DNA of 63,928 nt, the filler included, from Octopus bimaculoides (Eukaryota): the NCBI RefSeq assembly GCF_001194135.2. It is 8 parts of 8 records of this genome, joined end to end, with 100 filler letters (N's around TTAATTAATTAA, not from the genome) between each part and the next. Parts side by side here need not be neighbours in the genome. Positions count along the whole stretch, not along the records: positions 39,547 to 51,431 come from NC_068994.1; positions 51,532 to 53,522 come from NW_026305255.1; positions 53,623 to 55,724 come from NW_026417314.1; positions 55,825 to 57,542 come from NC_068985.1; positions 57,643 to 61,915 come from NW_026295332.1; positions 62,016 to 63,928 come from NW_026414564.1; 2 more parts are not named here. One strand, given 5' to 3'. Position 1 is the stretch's first letter. Each line of letters opens with the position of its first letter. A program made the position numbers and the translations under genes. Under the pieces are notes generated by a model, which was not told the DNA's origin, did no database searches, and saw only the letters and a program-made list of their open reading frames with translations. Shown here one piece after another: positions 50,446 through 63,480 of the stretch.

Positions 50446-50593
50446 NNNNNNNNNNNNNNNNNNNNNNNNNNNNNNNNNNNNNNNNNNNNNNNNNNNNNNN
50501 NNNNNNNNNNNNNNNNNNNNNNNNNNNNNNNNNNNNNNNNNNNNNNNNNNNNNNNNNNNNNNNNNNNNNNNNNNNNNNNNNNNNNNNNNNNNN

Positions 50594-51431
50594 TATTCAT
50601 GAATGGATGTTGTTTTCACAGCGATAATGCTCTTCTCAGTACATGAGTTGTTCCAGTTAACACGATTTTTTGCACTTCCTGTAGGGATGGTAAGCCTGGT
50701 ATCATTTTCAAATAGGTTTCAGTACCTTTTTTTTTGTCATTCCTAGAGATCCTACAATCACTGGTATGGTAGTCGCCTTGAGGTGCCACATGTTTTCAAT
50801 TTCTATTAGCGAGTCTTTATATTTACTGATCTTGTCAAATTCTTTCGCCGCTATATTATGATCACAGGGAATACTCATGTCAATTAATAAACATACCTTT
50901 TTTGTCTGATCTTTTATAATAATATCAGGTTTATTAGCTTTTATAGCCTTGTCGGTATGTACGGGGAAGTCCCAGGGAATCGATACATTTTCTCCCTCAG
51001 TCATAGCTTCAGGATGGTGTTTATACCATTTGTCAGCGGTCTTGATTTTATGATGCTGAGTTGACCAGTGCAAATACTGGTCAACTCTGTCATGTCTTGC
51101 TTTATATTCTACCGGTGCTAAGACTCTACACCCTGAGATTAGGTGGTCTATAGTTTCAATCGCATCGTTACAGACTCGGCATTTTGGGTCAGCTCTATTT
51201 TTTATCACATTGGCTTGGTAGTTCCGGGTTAATAAGCTTTGGTCTTGAGCAGCCAATATGAAACCTTCACTCTCTGCTTTTAGCCCTGAGCTTCGTAACC
51301 ATTGGTGCGTGCGTTTCTTGTCGACATCGGCTTGTTTTCTACGAGCCACATACTTGGCATGCAGAGGTTTCTGTTCCCATCTGCTAGCTAATTTTTCATG
51401 TGCTTTTGTCTTTACAATTAATTTTATTTTC
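50594..51431 (-). mobile_element. R4/Dong-like RLE retrotransposon C-terminal region
   Basis: EGFILAAQDQ, CRVCNDAIETIDHLISGC (CCHC), RHDRV, NKPDIII, IDMSIP, IPVIVGSLG; frameshift in an A-run near 50730, then QKIVLTGTTHVLRRAL* (stop 50616-50618). Confidence 0.9.
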
Positions 51432-52289
51432 NNNNNNNNNNNNNNNNNNNNNNNNNNNNNNNNNNNNNNNNNNNNTTAATTAATTAANNNNNNNNNNNNN
51501 NNNNNNNNNNNNNNNNNNNNNNNNNNNNNNNATATATATGTATATATATGTATGTATATATGTATATGTATATATATCTATATCTATATATAGGTATGTA
51601 TATAAATATGTTCGTATATATATATAAAAAATACAAAATGGGACAAGAACACAAAACATCCAGACAGGTGATACAAGAAAGGGACAACAAGAGATCCAGA
51701 TAGACGATACAAAGAAAACAAGGGCGGGTCATTCGGAGTTTTCTTCCCTCAGCCAAGTTCCAGATTATCTTGGCTGGTTATACTCAAGATTGCTCCAATC
51801 TGGCCAGCCCCAAGGAAAAACTAAGCTAGAAGCACTAGATTCCTTGGAAGTAAGCAGCGAATGTATACATAAACAAGGACGGAAAAATAAAACGGAGAAG
51901 GTTACACAAATGCAAATAACAGGACATAACAACAGGTGTCTTTCGACTAATGACGAATTAAATTAAGCTGGCAGGTGTGGAAGTAAAGCCTTACGGTTGG
52001 GATACAAGATTTCACAGGCACAGGGAAGAATATAGATGTTGCATGAACGATGGCCGAACCAAGAAAGGTCAGGCTTGGCCGAACACCAGTACATGGGGAG
52101 AGAAGAGAGAGAAGCAGCAGCAGAGGGACAGAAGAAATAAGAAGGGCTGAGAAAAAATGACGGACACAATGAAGTGAAAAGTGGAAGGAAAGTGAGCATG
52201 AAGAGAAGGCAATGAAATGTGAGAGGGGGGGATGAAAGAACGAAGTGTGGAATGAACGAAGTAAGCGTGAAAGGGCTGATAGAAAGAGA

Positions 52290-52680
52290 GAAAGAGTAAA
52301 AGAATAGAGTCATTTCTATATATGCATATATATGTTTGTATATATGTATATGTATATATATATATATACAAATAGTAAATGAGTATATGCATATATACGT
52401 ACAGGTATGTGCATACCGACATCCACCTGTATGTATAGGTGCGTATCTGGGTACAGGACATTGCAAACAAAACGTAGACAGGAAAACACACAAGCCACAT
52501 AGAGAACATTCTCCTTCATCAGCTACCCCCGTTTTAACACCGGCGTTTCGAAGAGCTGGGTAGGACGCATCGTTAAAACGGCTCTTCCCATGGACCGCAA
52601 ATTAAATTTGTATACACAAATTAAACCTTGCCATGGAGGAGTGTAGTGGCGGACAAAAAACAAGACAGGAAAACACACAC
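52290..52680 (-). repeat. Inverted copy of the 26560-27000 interspersed repeat
   Basis: gtgtatacaaatttaatttgcggtccatgggaagagcc...cttcgaaacgcc...ctgatgaagga shared. Confidence 0.8.
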
Positions 52681-53622
52681 ACACACACACATATACANNN
52701 NNNNNNNNNNNNNNNNNNNNNNNNNNNNNNNNNNNNNNNNNNNNNNNNNNNNNNNNNNNNNNNNNNNNNNNNNNNNNNNNNNNNNNNNNNNNNNNNNNNN
52801 NNNNNNNNNNNNNNNNNNNNNNNNNNNNNNNNNNNNNNNNNNNNNNNNNNNNNNNNNNNNNNNNNNNNNNNNNNNNNNNNNNNNNNNNNNNNNNNNNNNN
52901 NNNNNNNNNNNNNNNNNNNNNNNNNNNNNNNNNNNNNNNNNNNNNNNNNNNNNNNNNNNNNNNNNNNNNNNNNNNNNNNNNNNNNNNNNNNNNNNNNNNN
53001 NNNNNNNNNNNNNNNNNNNNNNNNNNNNNNNNNNNNNNNNNNNNNNNNNNNNNNNNNNNNNNNNNNNNNNNNNNNNNNNNNNNNNNNNNNNNNNNNNNNN
53101 NNNNNNNNNNNNNNNNNNNNNTTTTGTCAACATGGTTTACATATAGAAGTACAAAGTACATAAGGAATTAGAGGATGAACAGAAGTTTAATCTTACAGCT
53201 GTTTCGGCCTAGTTTTGGCAGGCCCCATTCTATCCGAATATTCCTTTCCGGAGTGATTATCGGATGACATTTTGAAATGGGGTTACATGCCCGAACCTCT
53301 AGGCCTCTTCAGAGATTCACAAAGGGTTACATACAGATGTAGAGCAAGAGGTAAAAACAGAGGTGTGGTAGAGACCAGAAGAAAAACAACAGCAAAAATA
53401 AGATAGAAATAAAAATAAAAAATAAAATTGAAATCAAAATATAAATAAAAGTAAAAATAAAAATACAAATAGGGGTACAGCAGGAAAAAAAATAATAATA
53501 GTAGTAAAAAAGAATACATAAANNNNNNNNNNNNNNNNNNNNNNNNNNNNNNNNNNNNNNNNNNNNTTAATTAATTAANNNNNNNNNNNNNNNNNNNNNN
53601 NNNNNNNNNNNNNNNNNNNNNN

Positions 53623-53665
<43 letters not shown>

Positions 53666-53907
53666 TACTCACGCATACATACAATAACTACCTACCGACC
53701 TAACTACATGCAATCATGTATAATACTCACAAATATTACAAGAATATTTTTTTAATGTTGCTGAAATAAAATACGAACTCCAATTATTTGAAAGATATTG
53801 TTGCTGTTGTTATTGCTGTTGTTGTTGTTGTTGTTGTTTTCATCATCATCATCATCATCATCATCATCGTCATCATCATTAAATATTATTGTTCTTAAGG
53901 TGACGAA

Positions 53908-54230
53908 GGCGTCGAGCTGGCAGAAACGTTAGCATACCGGGCGAAATGCTTAGCGGTATTTCGTCTGCCGTTACGTTCTGAGTTCAAATTCCGCCGAGGT
54001 CGACTTTGCCTTTCATCCTTTCGGGGTCGATAAATTAAGTACCAGTTAAGCACTGGGGTCGATGTAATCGACTTAATCCCTTTGTATGTCCTTGTTTGTC
54101 CTCTCTATGTTTAGCCCCTTGTGGGCAGTAAAGAAATAGGTATTTCGTCTGCCGTTACGTTCTGAGTTCAAATTCCGCCGAGGACGACTTTACCTTTCAT
54201 CCTTTCGGGGTCGATAAAAAAGTACCAGTA
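53908..54230 (+). mobile_element. tRNA-derived SINE plus partial tandem copy
   Basis: gagctggcagaaacgttag (A-box-like), gagttcaaattcc (B box), ggggtcgat core; second partial copy from 54139. Confidence 0.8.
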
Positions 54231-54249
54231 TCAACTGGATTTCCCGTAT

Positions 54250-55010
54250 GTAACAATGTGAATATGAGCAAACAACGTCCATGTTCAGATCTTCTATATT
54301 GTATCCAGATAGAGTATTTTGTCAGCTAGCTGGTAGGGGTGGTGGGCATAGGTTGTTCCCCAGTTTAAAGTGGTAGGCAACAGAGACCGCAAATTTGTGA
54401 TTTCTACAATCGATCTAGGTAGGCTGCAGAGATAGAGACGCAGTTACTGGAAGCTGAACGAATTTATCCCGGAGCGCCAAGCTCATAGAGAGTGAATCAG
54501 CGAATTAGTTAAGTAGGCGTTGGTGGAGACAGTCGTCGAAAACCGATAATGACAAGTCGCGAAAACGTCTATTAGAGCTGAGTTAATTTAGTAAGAAAAT
54601 AGCGATAGTTCTAAACTAGAGGAAGGTCTACTTAAGAATCTAGAAGAGGCACTTAGGAAAGTCATAGCAACAACGATTCTGGTGGTATCTGCCTTTGATC
54701 AATACTTCAGTGCAAAGCACGAAACGTGCGTTGTCAGAACTAGGGGATGTGCACTATCCCCTGAGGAAACAAAATCCGTTCGATAGGATTGAGTGGCAGT
54801 GGTAGAACGTGAAAACAATGCCACAGTTTGATATTTGACGAATCGGCAGGGACACAAGAAGCATATAGATCGATTCCAAGCAGACGAGTTGCGGCTTTTC
54901 ACAAGATCTTCGCTCAATGTCTTGGTTGGATAGCGAGTCGGAGACAAAGGTAGACTTCACTGTCTACCTCGACGAACTGTCGCGGTTCTCGACTGTGGAT
55001 GCGACCTGGG
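54250..55010 (+). mobile_element. Degenerate L1/Tx1-like LINE ORF2 fragment
   Basis: DLGRLQR*RRSYWKLN matches the WKLN motif after the endonuclease of L1/Tx1 elements; many stops. Confidence 0.55.
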
Positions 55011-55259
55011 GTTAAACAACAAAGAAATAAATATCCAGGTAATGGAACCCTAAATACATAATATCTGGGTATGCGATGGAATGGTCATGGCTGGAACACT
55101 TTTGAGGCAACTTGAAGCCATACAACATTAAAAACATTATTACCAAATACTACATCCTCCTCCACATCCCTATTTGGGGGCGCTTCATCAGAAACGGTGT
55201 ACCCGTTTGTTTCTGTCCACAGAGAAAGACTGTACTTTAATATATATGCAAAACAAAAA

Positions 55260-55440
55260 GCGGCGAGCTGGCCGAAACGTTAGCACGCCGGGCGAAATGC
55301 TTAGCGGTATTTCGTCTACCGCTACGTGCTGAGTTCAAATTCCGCCGATATCGACTTTGCCTTTCATCTTTTCGGGGTCGATAAATTGAGTACTGGAGTC
55401 GATCTGATCGACTGGCCCCTTCCCCGCAAAATAGCAGCCA
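55260..55440 (+). mobile_element. tRNA-derived SINE (same family as 53908)
   Basis: ggcgagctggccgaaacgttagcacgccgggcgaaatgcttagcggtatttcg...gagttcaaattccgcc. Confidence 0.8.
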
Positions 55441-55474
55441 AATCACTCCCCAAGTCATCCGCTTCTGACTTACT

Positions 55475-55685
55475 CTTTTACTTGTTTCAGTCATTTGACT
55501 GCGGCCATGCTAGAGCACCGCCTTTAGTCGAGCAAATCGACCCTAGGATTTATTCTTTGAAAGCCTAATACTTATTCTATCGGTCTTTTTTGCCAAACCA
55601 CTAAGTTATGGGGACGTAAACACACCAGCGTCAGTTGTCAAGCGATGTTGGGGGGACAAACACAGACACACAAACATATACACAC

Positions 55686-55724
<39 letters not shown>

Positions 55725-56006
55725 NNNNNNNNNNNNNNNNNNNNNNNNNNNNNNNNNNNNNNNNNNNNTTAATTAATTAANNNNNNNNNNNNNNNNNNNN
55801 NNNNNNNNNNNNNNNNNNNNNNNNTATATATATACTCTTTTACTCTTTTCAATCTTTTGACTGTGGCCATGCTGGAGCACCGCCTTTAGTCGAGCAAATC
55901 GACCCCAGGACTTATTCTTTAGAAGCCTAGTACTTATTCTATCGGTCTCTTTTGCCGAACCGCTAAGTTACGGGGACATAAACATACCAGCATCGGTTGT
56001 CAAGTT
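55475..56006 (-). mobile_element. Two SINE-like repeat copies flanking a scaffold join
   Basis: tttgactgcggccatgct.gagcaccgcctttagtcgagcaaatcgaccc...gcctagtacttattctatcggtc at 55490 and 55855; inverted relative to the 63250-63480 copy. Confidence 0.75.
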
Positions 56007-56386
56007 TACTTGTTTGTACATTGACCGCTGAAAACACTAAATAAAATTGATAATATTTCAGGTTTATCATATCATTTAAATTGATTTGACAATTCCGCAG
56101 ATAACCGTGCACTTATTTTCCGAAAACGGATTGGTGGTGTATTGGCTCCTATTTCTAGCAATCCACGTACTGATTATTTCACCGTAGTACTTTTTACAGA
56201 GTGAAAAAATACTCCACCTATCACTCACTCAACCTCCAACTTTCTCTAACTTTATACATTACATTTACTCCTTTGAAGTCTCTGCAGGGCATCTGCTTTT
56301 TCTCTGTCAATACGCCCCTCTCTATGTCTCTATCTCTCTCACGATCTCACTTTCTTTCTCACGATCTCATTCTCTCTCTCACGATC

Positions 56387-56449
<63 letters not shown>

Positions 56450-56779
56450 ATGTATATGTCTTTCTCTCTCTCTCTCTCTCTCACTACCTCTACCCCCTTT
56501 TCTCTTTAGAGAAAGAATACACGAGAAACGGACACAGAAAGGGGTTTGACGCCAGACCTCTGTTTTCTCTCTGTCTATATGTCCCTCTCTGTGTCTCTAC
56601 CTCTCTCACTATCTCTCTCCCTCTCTCTCTTTCTCTCTCTCTCTCTGTTTGTACATGTGTCTCTCTCACGCTATTTCTACCTATATTTCTCTTTAGAAAA
56701 AAATACGTGTGGCAGATAGACAGTGGGTTAGGAAGAAAAAACAAGTGAGACAACGGGAGGATGTAGGCAGCCACATCTT

Positions 56780-57507
56780 TAAATCTATCAACAAAGTTGT
56801 CGAGGAGGCGATGCTGTTCATTATCTAGTTGAAGCCCTCAACAGTCTGCTACCGTCTGGTATGCCACCACACAACCTTGAATTGAAGAAGAGCACAGTCA
56901 TTTTCCTAAGAAACCTGGATCAGCCAAGATTGTGCAATGGTATACGTATGGTTGTGACTGAAATACAGTCTCACATTATCGAACCAAAAATCCTCACTAG
57001 ATGTAGTAAGAGAGATATTGTATTTATACCTAAAATACTACTGATACCAACAGATGTCCCCTTTCGTTTCAAACAATTGCAATTCTCAGTGAGAGTCAGT
57101 TATGCATTGATCATTAACAAGTCCTAAGGTCAAACACTGCAGGTTGTCGGTCTCCATCTAGAAGAGGGTTGTTTCTCATATGGTCAATTGTATGTAGGTT
57201 GTACTAGAGTAGGAAGCCCAAAGAAACTCTTCATATATGCTCCAGCGAAAAAGGTTAAAACCATTGTATAAACTGAAGTTCTGTAAATGTTTTATAATTT
57301 TCGTACAATACATTTCTCTATTATTATCTATGTTACTTTCTGTATTTAGATATTCTAAATAAATTTGTAAAATTATGTTATGCAATATTTAAATTCCTTC
57401 TAACAATTTTTATTGTAAGAATAATGGGCATTACGACATAAGCCAATATGTGCCTTATGAATAGATCTCAAAACCGCAGAGACCGAGCCGAAGGCTAGGT
57501 GGTCCGC

Positions 57508-57510
<3 letters not shown>
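56780..57510 (+). mobile_element. Helitron 3' fragment (PIF1-like helicase C-terminus, possible terminal hairpin)
   Basis: PPHNLEL, LRNLDQPRLCNG, FIPKI, LQFSVRVSYALIINKS*GQTL, FSYGQLYVGCTRV; GC-rich hairpin-like gaccgagccgaaggctaggtggtc at 57481-57504. Confidence 0.85.
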
Positions 57511-57542
<32 letters not shown>

Positions 57543-57899
57543 NNNNNNNNNNNNNNNNNNNNNNNNNNNNNNNNNNNNNNNNNNNNTTAATTAATTAANN
57601 NNNNNNNNNNNNNNNNNNNNNNNNNNNNNNNNNNNNNNNNNNTATATATATATACGTGTATCATCTTGAATATAGCTTGCTGCTCTGCAGGGACACTCCC
57701 ATCCATTGTTGTCGACTGGAAGAGCTTGGCAAATTCCGACAGTAATTTCCTCCCCTTGCGTCTACGGAGGAACATTGACGCTACGAGGGAGTGTCTGCGA
57801 ACTTTTGGCTCGCACGGTAACGACGAGCATTCTACTCCTCCGTTATCCGTCCATATTTATAATGGGTGGCGTGCACACGAGACGAGGTTGCACCTGTAA

Positions 57900-58262
57900 T
57901 CATTTCAACCACACACACACACACACACAAACATATACACAAACAAACAAATATATATACATATATATAATGTAAATGATACATTTCGTACTCAATTCCT
58001 TAAAGCAGAGCTAACCGAATGTAATTTAATATATAATCAAGGATATTCTCGTAAAATATACTAGGAAGTGAGAGTCTCTATTAATTACCTAGAATATACT
58101 CTGGAATGTAAACGAGAATATATATTTCATATAAATATAAATATAAATAAATATATATATGTATATATATTTGTATGTACGGTTGTATGCATATTTCATA
58201 CATGCACACAAACACACATAAATCATGTGTACGTGTGTGTGTGTGTGTGCGTGTGTGTATGA

Positions 58263-58322
<60 letters not shown>

Positions 58323-58447
58323 ATGTATGTATGTATATGCATTTCTTTGTGTATAGTGTATTTGTGCGTGCATGTATATATATATATACAATTATATATA
58401 TGTATGCACATATATATATGCATACATATATACATATGTATGCGTAC

Positions 58448-58479
<32 letters not shown>

Positions 58480-58548
58480 TTATATTATTATTATTATCAT
58501 TGATGTGTGTGTTTGTGTACGTAAATATAGCGTAACAGAGATAATTAA

Positions 58549-58625
<77 letters not shown>

Positions 58626-58853
58626 CATATACTTATATATAGATTTAATGTATATATATTTACATTTATATGTATATGTGTGGGCGTATTCGTGTATGTA
58701 TACATATATCGTATATAAATGTATATTCTTTAATTCGGTGATTAGCTTACATATTTGAATCAATCTCGTTTTCCACAACAGTATTAATTCTATAAAATAA
58801 TAACCAAAATACGGAACTTAACGTATGTATATATATATAGAAACGGGTTTGTG

Positions 58854-58894
<41 letters not shown>

Positions 58895-58900
58895 NNNNNN
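57900..58900. repeat. Compound (TA)n/(CA)n/(TATG)n low-complexity tract; one example of dozens (e.g. 20893-20952, 30721-30780, 35590-35835, 49333-49430)
   Basis: Direct inspection. Confidence 0.95.
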
Positions 58901-59779
58901 NNNNNNNNNNNNNNNNNNNNNNNNNNNNNNNNNNNNNNNNNNNNNNNNNNNNNNNNNNNNNNNNNNNNNNNNNNNNNNNNNNNNNNNNNNNNNNNNNNNN
59001 NNNNNNNNNNNNNNNNNNNNNNNNNNNNNNNNNNNNNNNNNNNNNNNNNNNNNNNNNNNNNNNNNNNNNNNNNNNNNNNNNNNNNNNNNNNNNNNNNNNN
59101 NNNNNNNNNNNNNNNNNNNNNNNNNNNNNNNNNNNNNNNNNNNNNNNNNNNNNNNNNNNNNNNNNNNNNNNNNNNNNNNNNNNNNNNNNNNNNNNNNNNN
59201 NNNNNNNNNNNNNNNNNNNNNNNNNNNNNNNNNNNNNNNNNNNNNNNNNNNNNNNNNNNNNNNNNNNNNNNNNNNNNNNNNNNNNNNNNNNNNNNNNNNN
59301 NNNNNNNNNNNNNNNNNNNNNNNNNNNNNNNNNNNNNNNNNNNNNNNNNNNNNNNNNNNNNNNNNNNNNNNNNNNNNNNNNNNNNNNNNNNNNNNNNNNN
59401 NNNNNNNNNNNNNNNNNNNNNNNNNNNNNNNNNNNNNNNNNNNNNNNNNNNNNNNNNNNNNNNNNNNNNNNNNNNNNNNNNNNNNNNNNNNNNNNNNNNA
59501 TATATATATATATATATATATACATACATACATATATATATATGTATATATTTAAATAAATACATACGTATGTACAAATGTATGCATATACTCATATATG
59601 TATGTGTGCATGTATATATTTATGTGTGTAAGTATACATAGAAACATTTATCCATATATACACGTGTACGCACACGTATATGTATATATATATCCGCGGA
59701 AGCAACACCGATGTCCTCTCAACGATTAGCCAGATATGATTTTTAAAACGAGAATATCTGAAATAAACTCGACTGCTCT

Positions 59780-59990
59780 CAAAAAATTAAGTAAAAAGCA
59801 AACGGGAAAAATAATTCAGAATCCTTGTCCGGTACTGGATCGATCCCAAAATCTAATCAGTTCGCGCCAGTTAGTAGGCTAAACATCCCTGAAAGCTTCA
59901 TCGGGATCCATTGAGCGGTTCTTGAGATATCTTGTCCACGGACGAACAAAGAAACAAGTAAAACGACAAAGAGCGTAATTTAGGACGGAC
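59780..59990. mobile_element. Probable non-autonomous Helitron/Helentron-derived (HINE/DINE-like) repeat
   Basis: ccaaaatctaatcag...aaagcttcatcgggatcc...ttcttgagatatcttgtccacggacgaacaaa resembles the aaatttcatcaaaatcc...gagatat...acagacagac core of these elements; recognition from memory only. Confidence 0.45.
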
Positions 59991-61597
59991 GGCAGACGAG
60001 GACAAACAATCGAACAAAATATGGCCTTGTGGCCAAGGAGACGAGAATAGTCGGTAACATATATGTGCATATATNNNNNNNNNNNNNNNNNNNNNNNNNN
60101 NNNNNNNNNNNNNNNNNNNNNNNNNNNNNNNNNNNNNNNNNNNNNNNNNNNNNNNNNNNNNNNNNNNNNNNNNNNNNNNNNNNNNNNNNNNNNNNNNNNN
60201 NNNNNNNNNNNNNNNNNNNNNNNNNNNNNNNNNNNNNNNNNNNNNNNNNNNNNNNNNNNNNNNNNNNNNNNNNNNNNNNNNNNNNNNNNNNNNNNNNNNN
60301 NNNNNNNNNNNNNNNNNNNNNNNNNNNNNNNNNNNNNNNNNNNNNNNNNNNNNNNNNNNNNNNNNNNNNNNNNNNNNNNNNNNNNNNNNNNNNNNNNNNN
60401 NNNNNNNNNNNNNNNNNNNNNNNNNNNNNNNNNNNNNNNNNNNNNNNNNNNNNNNNNNNNNNNNNNNNNNNNNNNNNNNNNNNNNNNNNNNNNNNNNNNN
60501 NNNNNNNNNNNNNNNNNNNNNNNNNNNNNNNNNNNNNNNNNNNNNNNNNNNNNNNNNNNNNNNNNNNNNNNNNNNNNNNNNNNNNNNNNNNNNNNNNNNN
60601 NNNNNNNNNNNNNNNNNNNNNNNNNNNNNNNNNNNNNNNNNNNNNNNNNNNNNNNNNNNNNNNNNNNNNNNNNNNNNNNNNNNNNNNNNNNNNNNNNNNN
60701 NNNNNNNNNNNNNNNNNNNNNNNNNNNNNNNNNNNNNNNNNNNNNNNNNNNNNNNNNNNNNNNNNNNNNNNNNNNNNNNNNNNNNNNNNNNNNNNNNACA
60801 CACACACACACACACACATTGATAAAGCTATGATGATTCTGGGTTTTTTTTTTTTTTCACACCTGAAGATTAAGTAAACAGCTCTTGAATATTACCAAGT
60901 GTCACTATGATATAATTTCTTTCAAATTTTCTCCGCCCACTTGGTGTGTAACTGTAGCTCTGTAAACAGTTATTTTGCTGAAAAATGTAACATTAAAGTC
61001 AACAGTTTTGGAATAACGTTCATTTCCTGTGTGCTTCATCAAAGCTTTTCTTTTCATTTTATTTTTCATATAATATTACCAATGTGTTGTGCAGCTATAG
61101 ATGACTTTACCATTGTTTTTATTGAATTACTTATATCTGAGCAGACGTGTTATCAAAGACATTCCATCGAATACGATTCTACATATTTCGCCAGGCATAA
61201 TATATCTAGGCCTACATAATCCAATGTATCCTATTTAAAAATATTGTATGGTAATCTAGCTGCTATTGCTACCAGATTAGCAAACCACTTAGACATTATC
61301 CCCTTTATTGAATAGTTTACGCTATCTAGAGGTGTGACCGGAATACACTTCCTGATAAACAGTAAGAAATTCCCTAACCACACCTAATATTTCCATGGAG
61401 GGGTAAACAAGATAGTACTTCATAGTTTTAAGACGAAATTTCTTTCAAAAGAAATCTGATCCGTCCCATATTTAATATCTAATAATATAGCATACTTCAA
61501 GTGGCAGAACACATCAAGGTCAGCATTTCTGAATGTCCCTAAAAGCGTGTGGTTTAAAATTACACTTTATAAATGATAATGATAATAATAATAATAA

Positions 61598-61868
61598 AAT
61601 CTAAAAACAGAAACAATTCCTATCATAGTAGGTGCCTTACGTATAATAAAAAAATATTCAGACAAATACATAACAAAAACACCAGGACTTACAAATATAT
61701 ATAACATACAGAAAATTGCACTACTGGGCACCGCACACATCCTACGCAAAACACTTTCAATACAGTAACCATAAGAGCACCACAGCAAACCACAGCACAT
61801 ACCCAAGGCACACAGAGCTGCGCTCGGTAGTGAAGTGAAAGCACGTAATAAAAATAAAACTACTGAAT
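61598..61868 (+). mobile_element. 5'-truncated R4/Dong-like element inserted in (TAA)n
   Basis: TETIPIIVGAL...PGLTNIYNIQKIALLGTAHILRKTLSIQ* plus 3' UTR; ATA/TAA repeats on both flanks. Confidence 0.85.
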
Positions 61869-63202
61869 AATAATAATAATAATGATAATAATAATGATGA
61901 TGATGATAATAATAANNNNNNNNNNNNNNNNNNNNNNNNNNNNNNNNNNNNNNNNNNNNTTAATTAATTAANNNNNNNNNNNNNNNNNNNNNNNNNNNNN
62001 NNNNNNNNNNNNNNNTACATACATGCATACATGCATAATACATACATACATACATACACACTTTCACACACACACAGAATAAAGAAACAAAGGGTGAAAA
62101 CATTTTCAGTGATGTTTATTTCGCTTACGTGTGTTTCAAATAGTTCGGCAAGTTGTACCAATCGAAATTGAGGTTTGCGTGCTTAATAGATCCTTCTGTT
62201 GATTGATTAATTAACCGAATTTATGTTTTTACTTGATTTGTTCATCGATGATGGAAGGCAAACAGAAAAGAAAAATCACACAAATATACGCGCGCCCGCA
62301 CACATGCAGGCACACACACACACACACACACACACNNNNNNNNNNNNNNNNNNNNNNNNNNNNNNNNNNNNNNNNNNNNNNNNNNNNNNNNNNNNNNNNN
62401 NNNNNNNNNNNNNNNNNNNNNNNNNNNNNNNNNNNNNNNNNNNNNNNNNNNNNNNNNNNNNNNNNNNNNNNNNNNNNNNNNNNNNNNNNNNNNNNNNNNN
62501 NNNNNNNNNNNNNNNNNNNNNNNNNNNNNNNNNNNNNNNNNNNNNNNNNNNNNNNNNNNNNNNNNNNNNNNNNNNNNNNNNNNNNNNNNNNNNNNNNNNN
62601 NNNNNNNNNNNNNNNNNNNNNNNNNNNNNNNNNNNNNNNNNNNNNNNNNNNNNNNNNNNNNNNNNNNNNNNNNNNNNNNNNNNNNNNNNNNNNNNNNNNN
62701 NNNNNNNNNNNNNNNNNNNNNNNNNNNNNNNNNNNNNNNNNNNNNNNNNNNNNNNNNNNNNNNNNNNNNNNNNNNNNNNNNNNNNNNNNNNNNNNNNNNN
62801 NNNNNNNNNNNNNNNNNNNNNNNNNNNNNNNNNNNNNNNNNNNNNNNNNNNNNNNNNNNNNNNNNNNNNNNNNNNNNNNNNNNNNNNNNNNNNNNNNNNN
62901 NNNNNNNNNNNNNNNNNNNNNNNNNNNNNNNNNNNNNNNNNNNNNNNNNNNNNNNNNNNNNNNNNNNNNNNNNNNNNNNNNNNNNNNNNNNNNNNNNNNN
63001 NNNNNNNNNNNNNNNNNNNNNNNNNNNNNNNNNNNNNNNNNNNNNNNNNNNNNNNNNNNNNNNNNNNNNNNNNNNNNNNNNNNNNNNNNNNNNNNNNNNN
63101 NNNNNNNNNNNNNNNNNNNNNNNNNNNNNNNNNNNNNNNNNNNNNNNNNNNNNNNNNNNNNNNNNNNNNNNNNNNNNNNNNNNNNNNNNNNNNNNNNNNN
63201 NN

Positions 63203-63249
<47 letters not shown>

Positions 63250-63252
<3 letters not shown>

Positions 63253-63480
63253 CATATATGTCTGTGTTTGTGTCTGTGTTGTTTGTCCCCACAACATCAC
63301 TTGATAACCGATATTGGTGTGTTTATGTTCCCGTAACTTAGCGGTTCGGTACAAGAAACGGATAGAGTAAGTACTAAGCTTACAAAGAATAAGCCCTGGG
63401 GTTGATTTGTTCGACTTGAACCCTTTAAAGCGGTGCTCCAGCATGGCCACAGCCAAATGACTGAAACATGTAAAAGAATA
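63250..63480 (+). mobile_element. SINE-like interspersed repeat
   Basis: cgtaacttagcggttcgg...gtaagtactaagcttacaaagaataagccctgggg...gcggtgctccagcatggccacagccaaatgactgaaac; reverse complement of the 55475 family. Confidence 0.75.

Noticed and set aside
53908-53995. tRNA genes (here and at 24905, 29100, 34780, 55260)
   Set aside because: A/B boxes are present but there is no cloverleaf; each continues into a shared SINE body.
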